Of a stretch of 64,000 bases of DNA, positions 50,814 through 59,169 are shown piece after piece. The stretch comes from Campylobacterota bacterium. Its GTDB lineage: Bacteria > Campylobacterota > Campylobacteria > Campylobacterales > Arcobacteraceae. The position numbers and the translations under genes are program-made. Each line of letters starts with the position of its first letter. Position 1 is the stretch's first letter. The stretch lies in assembly GCA_034718015.1 (NCBI GenBank), contig JAYEMI010000058.1, forward strand, positions 10 to 64,009, read 5' to 3'. Below the pieces are notes generated by a model. The model searched no databases. It was not told the origin of the DNA and was given only the letters and a program-made list of their open reading frames with translations.

Positions 50814-51234
50814 AAAATCTTTTCCATATTTATCGATACTTACGGGAGTAATTTTAATAAATATTTATTTTAGTATCTATTTTATAACTATTTTATTAGT
50901 AGGTGTAGTTTATTCAATATTTATGGATAGCTTGAAAAAGAGATATTATTATATATTTTTATTAACTATTCTTACTTTTGTATTTATAGAAACTATTCAT
51001 GGTATAAAAATATTTTCGTTAAGTTTATTATCTCTATTTCTATATTATTTTGTAATACCAAGATTAAAGCATATATTCTCATCACAGCTTATAGGAAGAT
51101 TTACAATTGTATCTATATTTTATTTAGGTTTTTATATTATAAATTTAATTTCAAATAGTTATAGTTTGGAGTATAGCTATATATTTATTGTCAATTTAAT
51201 AATAGATAGTTTAATAGTAGGGTTTGTAATATGA
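50806..51234 (+). CDS. Multi-TM membrane protein, MreD-like position
   Basis: Very hydrophobic 142 aa, ATGA-coupled to mrdA. Confidence 0.55.
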   Translation: MNKKSFPYLSILTGVILINIYFSIYFITILLVGVVYSIFMDSLKKRYYYIFLLTILTFVFIETIHGIKIFSLSLLSLFLYYFVIPRLKHIFSSQLIGRFTIVSIFYLGFYIINLISNSYSLEYSYIFIVNLIIDSLIVGFVI

Positions 51235-53000
51235 GATTAAAATTGATTATAGTTTTTATAGTGTTTATATCAATACTGCTATTAAGTAGAGTATACTATT
51301 TAAGTATAATAAAAAATGAACACTTTGAAGAGTTATCAAAAGAGAACTATATAAAGATGTTTTATAGTGTATCGCCAAGAGGAGCTATAAAAGATAGAAA
51401 TGGAAAGTATTTAGCAGTAAATAAAGTAGGTTTTAGTATATCAATAGAGCCTCATTTAAGAGGTGTAAAAAAGTTTGAAAAAGTTAAAAAAAGTGCAAAA
51501 CTAATAAGTGAATATTTCCCCTCTTTTAAATATGAAAAGTTATTAAAAAGATATAAACTTCTGGATTCTCCATACAGGCATGAAAAGATTAAATTAGTTG
51601 AATATATCTCGTATGATGACTTATTCAAACACTATACAGTATTTAATAGTATTGATGGTGTAGAGATTAAATCAGCTACAAAAAGAGAGTATTTATATAA
51701 AGATATAGCAGCACATGCAATAGGATATGTGGGAAAAACACCAAAAAGTTATATACGAAAAGATGAAGAAGCTAAGTATTTTAACCAATCTGGTCGTACA
51801 GGTATAGAGAAATATTATGACAAACATCTAAGGGGAAATGTAGGATACAAAGAGGTTCAAGTAAACTCACTATACAAACCAGTTAAAACAATAAAAGAGG
51901 TTACCTCTAAATCAAATGATATCACCTTGACTATTGATATAGAGCTACAAGAGTATATACATAACCTTTTTAAAAATAAAGCTGGTGCAGTTGTAGTTAT
52001 GGATGTTAATAATGGAGAGATATTATCAGCAGGTAGTTTTCCTGAATTTGATAACAATATATTTGTAAATGGTGTAAGCCATAAAGAGTGGAGAAAAATA
52101 CAAGAAGATTTTAATCACCCCTTTACAAATAAATTAATAAATGGTTTATATCCACCTGGATCTGTTATGAAAATGGGGGTTGCCATCTCTTTTTTGGAAA
52201 ATAAATTATCACCAAATTTTAATGTATATTGTACAGGAGAGCTACAACTAGGTACAAGAAAGTTTAGATGTTGGAATAATAAGGGGCATAAAAGTACAGG
52301 TTTTATAAAAGCTCTAAGGGAGAGTTGTGATGATTTTTTTTATAAAGGTAGTTTAGAAGTTGGTATAAATAATATTCACAAAACTTTAGATAGATTTGGA
52401 ATAGGTAAAAAAACAGGTATTGATCTTCCTAATGAATCTAGAGGGATAAATCCAAATAAACAATGGAAACTAGAGAATAGAAAAACACCTTGGTATGTTG
52501 GTGAAACACTTGTTGCTTCAATAGGTCAAGGCTTTATAAATGTAACCCCAATGCAAATAGCAAGATATACAGGTGCTATGGCTACAAATAAACTTCAAGT
52601 GCCACACCTACTTAAAGATAAGAATTTAGTAAAATCAGTTGATACAAATATCTCAAGAAGAGATTTAAAGATTGTACAAAAAGGGATGTATCATGTAGCA
52701 AATGTACCAGGTGGAACTGCTATAAAGCATATAAAATCAAATACAATAGTAGCAGCAAAAACAGGTACAGCTCAAGTTGTAGGTATTCCTCAATCAGAGA
52801 AAATAAGGATGAAAGAGCATGAGTTGGAGTATTTTCAAAGATCTCAAGCTTGGCTTACTACTTATGCTCCATATAAAAATCCAAAATATGTTATAACTAT
52901 ACTTGTTGAGCATGGTGGACATGGCGGAAGTGCAGCAGGACCCACAGCTGGAAAGATTTATGATAAACTAATAGAATTAGGTTATATTAAGGAGAAGTGA
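51231..53000 (+). CDS. mrdA: Penicillin-binding protein 2
   Basis: PRGAIKDRNG, YPPGSVMK, SCD, KTGTAQ, VEHGGHG. Confidence 0.95.
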   Translation: MRLKLIIVFIVFISILLLSRVYYLSIIKNEHFEELSKENYIKMFYSVSPRGAIKDRNGKYLAVNKVGFSISIEPHLRGVKKFEKVKKSAKLISEYFPSFKYEKLLKRYKLLDSPYRHEKIKLVEYISYDDLFKHYTVFNSIDGVEIKSATKREYLYKDIAAHAIGYVGKTPKSYIRKDEEAKYFNQSGRTGIEKYYDKHLRGNVGYKEVQVNSLYKPVKTIKEVTSKSNDITLTIDIELQEYIHNLFKNKAGAVVVMDVNNGEILSAGSFPEFDNNIFVNGVSHKEWRKIQEDFNHPFTNKLINGLYPPGSVMKMGVAISFLENKLSPNFNVYCTGELQLGTRKFRCWNNKGHKSTGFIKALRESCDDFFYKGSLEVGINNIHKTLDRFGIGKKTGIDLPNESRGINPNKQWKLENRKTPWYVGETLVASIGQGFINVTPMQIARYTGAMATNKLQVPHLLKDKNLVKSVDTNISRRDLKIVQKGMYHVANVPGGTAIKHIKSNTIVAAKTGTAQVVGIPQSEKIRMKEHELEYFQRSQAWLTTYAPYKNPKYVITILVEHGGHGGSAAGPTAGKIYDKLIELGYIKEK

Positions 53001-53947
53001 TGAACAGATATAAAGAAGCTATAAAAGCAATAGGTGAATCAAGATATATATTGATTCTTACCCATTTAAATCCAGATGCAGATACAATATCTTGTGCATT
53101 ATCTTTGAGTAATTATTGTTTTGAAAACAAGATAAAACACAAAGTTTGTAATAAGTATGATGAACTACCATTTGTATTAAACTTTTTACCTAGATTTGAT
53201 AAGATAACTACACAGATACCTAAGTATTATGATTTGGTTATATATGTTGATTGTGCTGATCAATATAGGGTTGGAATCGATATAGAAGAGAATGTAAAAA
53301 TAATAAATATTGACCATCACCAATCAAATACAAACTTTGCAGATATAAATATAGTTGATGATACAAAATCAAGTACAGCAGAGGTTGTATATAGATTATT
53401 TGAAGAAAATGAGATAAAAATTTCAAAAGAGATCGCAATGTGTTTATATGTTGGAATTTATGATGATAGTATAGCTTTTACAACACCAAGAGTTGATGGA
53501 TCTACATTTGAGATAATCAATAAGTTAGTGAATACTGGTATAAGTCCAAGTCAAATAGCCAATAAGCTTTTAAAAAGAGACTCTTTAGCTAGATATAGAA
53601 TTATGCCAAAAATACTCTCAACACTACAGTTACATAGTCAAGGAAGGTTAGCTACAGTTTATTTAGAAGATGAATGGCTAAAAGAAACAGGAGCAAATGT
53701 AAGTGAATGTGATGATGTAGTAAATATGATTTTAAATATTGCAATTGTTGAGGTTGTTGCATATTTTAGAATAAAAGATGGAAAAACAAGAGTTTCTTTA
53801 AGAAGTAAATATGAGATTGATGTATCAGATATCGCAAAAAATTTAAATGGTGGTGGACACAAAAATGCAGCAGGTTTAAGTGTAGATGAGATAGATATTT
53901 TAAAAGCTAAAGATATAGTTGTAACTCTTATTCAAAGTTACATCTAG
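52997..53947 (+). CDS. DHH/DHHA1 family phosphoesterase (NrnA-like)
   Basis: H.NPDAD, IDHH, SSTAE, SLRS, GGGHKNAAG. Confidence 0.9.
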   Translation: MMNRYKEAIKAIGESRYILILTHLNPDADTISCALSLSNYCFENKIKHKVCNKYDELPFVLNFLPRFDKITTQIPKYYDLVIYVDCADQYRVGIDIEENVKIINIDHHQSNTNFADINIVDDTKSSTAEVVYRLFEENEIKISKEIAMCLYVGIYDDSIAFTTPRVDGSTFEIINKLVNTGISPSQIANKLLKRDSLARYRIMPKILSTLQLHSQGRLATVYLEDEWLKETGANVSECDDVVNMILNIAIVEVVAYFRIKDGKTRVSLRSKYEIDVSDIAKNLNGGGHKNAAGLSVDEIDILKAKDIVVTLIQSYI

Positions 53948-55376
53948 TATCAAATTGAGCTTTTGTTAGTGTTTCTAAACTTATATCTGTACTACCTTCA
54001 TTTTTAAGAAGTTCAAACATCTTATTTTGAGATTTACTATTTTCAAATGGACCTAAATATACAACAGTTCTACCATTTTCATTTTTACATATTGATATTC
54101 GACCATTTTTACTATTAGTTTTTGAAATGAGATTTTTGTAAAGCTTATATTGTAAAGATTGTACTAAGACAAATTTTAAATGATTTGTATCTATTACTTC
54201 CGTATCATTGCTTAGATTGTTATTTTGTTTTACTGCAAAAATATCTTCCTCTTTATTTTTAGCAGCAAATTCAAGCAACTCTGTCTCTTTTTTTAGAGCA
54301 TATAGCCTATCTTTTTCTAGCAGTTTTTGTTTTTCCAATTCATCAGAACTAAGTATCTCATACTTTGAAAGCTCTTCTAGCCTTGCATTTAGTCTATCTA
54401 CATTTATCATTGATGTTTTAAAATTTATTTCACTTTTTTTGTTGTACTGAACAATTGTAACATCATCTTTGGTTTTAACTGTTTTTGTTGCATTTGTATC
54501 TTCTTCAATAACAATAGGTTCAGGATCAAACATCCCTAAGAAAAACATAACAACCCCAGCTAATATTGTTGTTACTAATACACCAGCAACTATAATAATG
54601 ATTTTTTTGAGCTTTTTTGCTTTTAGCTCTTCTGGATCTAACTCCTCTTGCTCTTCATCATCTTTAACATTCTCAATCTCTATATTATCATTCTCTTTTG
54701 GTTTTTCGTCAGGTTTTTCGTCAGATTTTTCATCTGGCTTTGTATCAGTTGGGGCATTAGTTATTTCTTCTTTTGTTGATTCTTCACTATCTTGTTGTTC
54801 TTCAGCTTCCTCCACGATAGGTTCTTCAACGATAGGTTCTTCGTGTATTGAAGCCTCTGATTTTGATATAGCATCTAAAAATGGAGTGATAACTTTATCA
54901 AATAAAATAAAAATTGTTGCCTCTTTGTTATCAATATCAATAGTGAATTTATACATATTTTCAAAATCAGTAATTGTATTAGCAGGTATGATCTCTTTTT
55001 CTACAATTGTAAACTTTGAACTACCAAGATCTTCAAAAGCTGCTCCATTAATAACAGTAGTAAGTGAACCAGAAACATTAGAGATAAACTCATTAATAGC
55101 ATCTGCGATATCATCATCAATACTTAAAGATGGTTCACTATCATCCCCTAGCATACAATTAAATATATAAGATGATGTATATGCAGGTATAATGAATGAC
55201 CAGGTTGAATTTATATTATCAAACTCGTATGTTGAATCTACCCTTAAGGTTTCAATATCAAGAAGATCTTTATCAACAGCTTTATTTGTATTTTTTAATA
55301 CAGCATCTTTAGCTAAAAGTCCATTTATTGTTGAACATAAGGTCTCTTCAATTAATTTTGATAAATCTGATGCCAT
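53928..55376 (-). CDS. Membrane protein: FliY-N/CheC-like domain, acidic linker, TM, C-terminal SPOR-like domain
   Basis: DAINEFISNVSG; low-complexity E/D/K/P linker; TM IIIIVAGVLVTTILAGVVMFFLG; C-terminal VVYLGPF. Confidence 0.6.
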   Translation of the reverse strand: MASDLSKLIEETLCSTINGLLAKDAVLKNTNKAVDKDLLDIETLRVDSTYEFDNINSTWSFIIPAYTSSYIFNCMLGDDSEPSLSIDDDIADAINEFISNVSGSLTTVINGAAFEDLGSSKFTIVEKEIIPANTITDFENMYKFTIDIDNKEATIFILFDKVITPFLDAISKSEASIHEEPIVEEPIVEEAEEQQDSEESTKEEITNAPTDTKPDEKSDEKPDEKPKENDNIEIENVKDDEEQEELDPEELKAKKLKKIIIIVAGVLVTTILAGVVMFFLGMFDPEPIVIEEDTNATKTVKTKDDVTIVQYNKKSEINFKTSMINVDRLNARLEELSKYEILSSDELEKQKLLEKDRLYALKKETELLEFAAKNKEEDIFAVKQNNNLSNDTEVIDTNHLKFVLVQSLQYKLYKNLISKTNSKNGRISICKNENGRTVVYLGPFENSKSQNKMFELLKNEGSTDISLETLTKAQFDTRCNFE

Positions 55377-55813
55377 TATTTACTTTCTAATTTTTGTTTT
55401 AATCTATTCTCTTTTTGTTTAGCAAGAATTTTTTCTTTGTTTTTTCTGTAGTATTCTTTTCTATACTCTTTTAGTTTCTCTTTCTTTTGCTCTCTATACT
55501 CTTTGTCGTATTCAAGCCTTTGCTCTTTATTATCATTATAATAATTCTTTTTCTTTTCTCTATATTCAAGGATCTTTTGTTTAATTATATCCTCTCTTGA
55601 GTCCATATGTTGCTTTTGTTTTTTAGCAATCTCTTTTAGTTTTAATGCAAAGTTTCCACCAAAAAGTTCAACCTCATAATTTATTGATTCAACTTTTTGA
55701 GAATTTTCTTTTTGACTTTTTAGTAGTTTTGTTTTTAAGTAATAAGCTTTTTTCTTTTTTTTATGAGCTAAAATATTAGCTTCTCTTCTTTTTTTTAACT
55801 CATCTAAATTCAT
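55376..55813 (-). CDS. Highly charged helical hypothetical protein
   Basis: K/E/R/Y-rich with repeated EY motifs; TAATG-coupled to the downstream gene. Confidence 0.65.
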   Translation of the reverse strand: MNLDELKKRREANILAHKKKKKAYYLKTKLLKSQKENSQKVESINYEVELFGGNFALKLKEIAKKQKQHMDSREDIIKQKILEYREKKKNYYNDNKEQRLEYDKEYREQKKEKLKEYRKEYYRKNKEKILAKQKENRLKQKLESK

Positions 55814-55843
55814 ATTAGTTTATAACTTCACTTAAAATTTATA

Positions 55844-56632
55844 TTATTTTTTCAATTGATTTGCTGTTTGTAGCATAGTATCAGTTGTAGTGATTGATTT
55901 AGAGTTTGCTTCGTATGCTCTTTGAGCAGTGATTAAATTTACCATCTCTGTTACTAATGCAACATTAGAACCCTCTATCATACCTTGAGTTATCATCCCC
56001 ATACCTTCAGTTCCAGCAACAGCATCAATAGGATCTCCAGATACTGAAGTAGCTAAGGAGAGATTTCCTCCAAGAGGAGATAGTCCAGCAGGATTAACAA
56101 AATTTGCTAAAGTTATTTGCCCTAAAGTAGTGATATCTCCACTTGCAGGATCCATAGCTGAAATTGTTCCATCTTGAGCAATGGAAAGATTTGTTAAGTT
56201 TGCAGGTACAACTATCTCTGGATCAAGTTTATATCCACTTGAGTTTACAATAGAGCCTTCACTGTCAAGCTTAAACTCACCATTTCGTGTATATGCTGTC
56301 TCACCATTAGGTGTAGTTACTTTAAAAAAACCATTTCCAGAAATAGCCATATCCAATGAATTTCCTGTCTCTTTTAAACTACCTTGACTATAATTTTTCT
56401 GTATACTAGATGTTCTTACACCAAGTCCTACATCAATTCCAGTTGGATTACTTGTATCTGCAGATGTAGAGCCAGAAGTGAAGTTTAATGATTGATACAT
56501 TAAATCTTGAAACTCAGATCTATCTTGTTTAAATCCAGTTGTATTTACATTAGCAATGTTGTTTGATATTACATCAATATTTGTTTGTTGTGCTGTCATA
56601 CCAGAAGCAGCTGTGTATAATCCTCGTATCAT
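55844..56632 (-). CDS. flgG: Distal rod protein FlgG
   Basis: SNNIANVNTTGFK, FQDLMYQ, YTRNGEF, EMVNLITAQRAYEANSK. Confidence 0.95.
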   Translation of the reverse strand: MIRGLYTAASGMTAQQTNIDVISNNIANVNTTGFKQDRSEFQDLMYQSLNFTSGSTSADTSNPTGIDVGLGVRTSSIQKNYSQGSLKETGNSLDMAISGNGFFKVTTPNGETAYTRNGEFKLDSEGSIVNSSGYKLDPEIVVPANLTNLSIAQDGTISAMDPASGDITTLGQITLANFVNPAGLSPLGGNLSLATSVSGDPIDAVAGTEGMGMITQGMIEGSNVALVTEMVNLITAQRAYEANSKSITTTDTMLQTANQLKK

Positions 56633-56788
56633 AATGTGGATCCTTGTCTTAAAATTAAGTTTTTTTATTTTACTGAATATTAGATTAAAAATATATAAAT
56701 TTTAACTCTAATTAATGACAGTATAAGATATATTTTAAACTATTTTAAGTATACTACTCTTTAGTATTTAATATAAAAAGGGATATGT

Positions 56789-57157
56789 ATGAGAATATTA
56801 ATAGTAGATGATAGTTCAACAATGAGAAGAATAATTGGAAATGTAGTACAGCAACTAGGTGTAGCTAAGGATGATTTTGATGAAGCTGAAGATGGTGTAG
56901 TAGCTTGGAAATTATTTCAAGAAAAAAATAATTATGATGTTGTTTTAACAGATTGGAATATGCCAAATATGAATGGTCTTGAGCTAGTAAAGACAATTAG
57001 AGCACAAGATAAAAAAATTCCTATTGTTATGATTACAACAGAGGGTGGTAAAGGTGAAGTTATCACAGCACTAAAAGCTGGTGTTAACAACTATATTGTA
57101 AAACCATTTAGTGCAGATATACTAAAAGAGAAACTAGACGGACTGGTTAAAGGTTAA
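56789..57157 (+). CDS. cheY: Chemotaxis response regulator CheY
   Basis: VDDSSTMRRI, TDWNMPNMNG, MITTEGGK, NNYIVKPF. Confidence 0.93.
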   Translation: MRILIVDDSSTMRRIIGNVVQQLGVAKDDFDEAEDGVVAWKLFQEKNNYDVVLTDWNMPNMNGLELVKTIRAQDKKIPIVMITTEGGKGEVITALKAGVNNYIVKPFSADILKEKLDGLVKG

Positions 57158-57162
57158 TAGCT

Positions 57163-58008
57163 ATGAGCATGAGCCAAGAGGAGATTGAAGCACTAATGAA
57201 TGGTGCTGATGATTTTCAAGATGATGACGCTACAGAACCAGAAGCAGAAGCTGCAGGAGATGAAAACGAGGAAAATTTCGATGATATCTTAGCTGGTATA
57301 GAGGGTGTAACATCTGATGACGCTACAGAACCAGAAGCTGCAGGAGATGAAAATGAGGAAAATTTCGATGATATATTAGCAGGTATTGAGGGTGTAACAT
57401 CTGATGATTCCTCTAGTATGCCTAAAGAGTCTAGTTCAACCCCTTCTGAATCAAAAAAAGAGGAAAATATTGATTCAAGTAAGTATCCTATGCCTGTTGA
57501 AAATGAACATAAGGTAGTTAATCAATTAAATGAAGTAGCAGAAGATAGTGAAGAGAAAGCTTCACAAATATTTGATGTATTGAGTTTTGTTTTAGATGAA
57601 AATAATGATATTGATAACTACAATAAACAGATATCTGAATTTATAGTAAAACAAAGTGAATTACTAGGGATGTTGTCAACGAAGTTTCCAAATATTGATC
57701 TGTTCAAAGAAAATTTAGAATTATCAAAAGAGTTAACTGAAGTTTCAAAAAATCTTTCAGATAAAGTAAATAATGAAAATATGAAAATCTTTGAAGCTAT
57801 GGAATTGATGCAGTATCATGATATAAATAGACAAAAGATTGAAAGAGTGATGGCAGTAATTAGAAAACTAAGTGAATATTTAAATGGTATATTTGAAGAC
57901 GATTCTAGTAAGCCAGAGGTTCAAATTGCTAAGCATATATCTGGTGATTCAGCAGATACAGTTGATGCTAGTGATATAGAATCATTGATTTCAGAATTCG
58001 CAAATTAA
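57163..58008 (+). CDS. cheZ: CheZ-like CheY-P phosphatase (Campylobacterota type)
   Basis: MQYHDINRQKIERV (DxxxQ catalytic motif), C-terminal DIESLISEF helix, directly after cheY. Confidence 0.75.
   Translation: MSMSQEEIEALMNGADDFQDDDATEPEAEAAGDENEENFDDILAGIEGVTSDDATEPEAAGDENEENFDDILAGIEGVTSDDSSSMPKESSSTPSESKKEENIDSSKYPMPVENEHKVVNQLNEVAEDSEEKASQIFDVLSFVLDENNDIDNYNKQISEFIVKQSELLGMLSTKFPNIDLFKENLELSKELTEVSKNLSDKVNNENMKIFEAMELMQYHDINRQKIERVMAVIRKLSEYLNGIFEDDSSKPEVQIAKHISGDSADTVDASDIESLISEFAN
57222..57401 (+). repeat. In-frame tandem duplication (93 bp + 87 bp) in the cheZ-like gene
   Basis: Units 57222-57314 and 57315-57401 differ by one 6-bp indel and 4 substitutions. Confidence 0.95.
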
Positions 58009-58026
58009 AAAAGAGGTAGTGGTAAA

Positions 58027-58746
58027 ATGACTCAAGGGATACATCAACTTACAGCAAGTATGGTCAATCAACTAAATAGAGTTGATATTGTTTCAAATAA
58101 CTTAGCAAATGCTAATACAGTTGGCTATAAAGAGGAGAGTGTTTCTGAGGGTACTTTTAATCATTATTTAGAAAAATCTTTAGAAGAGAAAAGAGATGTA
58201 TCAAAACTTAGTTATATAATGAATACTATCCCAAAAATAGATAATAAGTTTTTAGATACAAGCATAGGCTCAGTTGTATCAACTGGAAATAATCTCGATA
58301 TTGCAATAACGCAACAAGATAAATATTTCAAAATCCAATTAGACTCTGGAGAGATTCAGCTTACACGAGATGGTGAATTTAAAGTTTTAAATGGTAACTT
58401 AGTAACAAAAAATGGTGACACTGTATTAAATAAAGAAAATGAACCAATTGCTGTAAATAGTGATATTTTTTATCAAAATATTGCTATTGTATCAAGTGAT
58501 ATTAAAAATTTAGAGAAAAGTGGTAACAACAACTATAAAATAAAAGATAGCAATGAACTACAAGATATAGAAAACAATAGAGAATATATTTTACAAGGTT
58601 CAATAGAAAAAAGTAATGTTAATACAATAAAGACAATGGTACAGCTAATCGAATCACAAAGAAAATTTGAACAAGCACAAAAGGCAATAACTGGAATTAA
58701 TGACATAGATAAAAAAGTCATTACAGATGTTGGTGCTGTAAGGTAG
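58027..58746 (+). CDS. flgF: Flagellar rod protein, FlgF/FlgG2-like
   Basis: SNNLANANTVGYK, TGNNLDIAI, LTRDGEF, EKSNVN. Confidence 0.75.
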   Translation: MTQGIHQLTASMVNQLNRVDIVSNNLANANTVGYKEESVSEGTFNHYLEKSLEEKRDVSKLSYIMNTIPKIDNKFLDTSIGSVVSTGNNLDIAITQQDKYFKIQLDSGEIQLTRDGEFKVLNGNLVTKNGDTVLNKENEPIAVNSDIFYQNIAIVSSDIKNLEKSGNNNYKIKDSNELQDIENNREYILQGSIEKSNVNTIKTMVQLIESQRKFEQAQKAITGINDIDKKVITDVGAVR

Positions 58747-58753
58747 TTAGGGT

Positions 58754-59152
58754 ATGCAACCAAGTGGAGTAACTGAATTATTATTTCAGCAATTAAATTA
58801 TAGAGCTCAAAAGCAAAAAGTAATAGCATCAAATATTGCGAATATTGATACACCAGATTATAAAACAAAAGATTTAAGATTTAAAAATGAGTTAGATAAA
58901 GCAGGTGAAACTTTACAGCTAAAAACAACTCACTCAAGTCATATGAATATATCTATGGAAAATGAAAAATCAAAAGTAAAAATGTATGAAGTAAAAGGTT
59001 TAGAAGAGCAAAATGATGGTAATAATGTAAATCTAGATACTCAAATGAGCCAACAAGCCCAAAATACAATGATGTTTAATGCACTTCAAAACTCAATCAA
59101 AAAAGACTCTACTTGGTTTAAAAGTATAATCGATTCTTCTGCGAAGAATTAA
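58754..59152 (+). CDS. flgB: Proximal rod protein FlgB
   Basis: ASNIANIDTPDYKTKDL, DGNNVNLD. Confidence 0.95.
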   Translation: MQPSGVTELLFQQLNYRAQKQKVIASNIANIDTPDYKTKDLRFKNELDKAGETLQLKTTHSSHMNISMENEKSKVKMYEVKGLEEQNDGNNVNLDTQMSQQAQNTMMFNALQNSIKKDSTWFKSIIDSSAKN

Positions 59153-59169
59153 ATTAGGATAAAAAATAT

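Noticed and set aside
54699-54845. Short repeats (KPDE, PIVEE) as a separate repeat element
   Set aside because: Low-complexity linker inside the 482-aa gene, covered by that finding
54469-55170. 233-aa plus-strand ORF
   Set aside because: Ser/Phe-rich antisense shadow of the acidic 482-aa gene, with no SD or recognisable motif
57222-57401. Repeat as CRISPR array or mobile element
   Set aside because: Only two in-frame coding units, with no spacers and no cas or transposase genes
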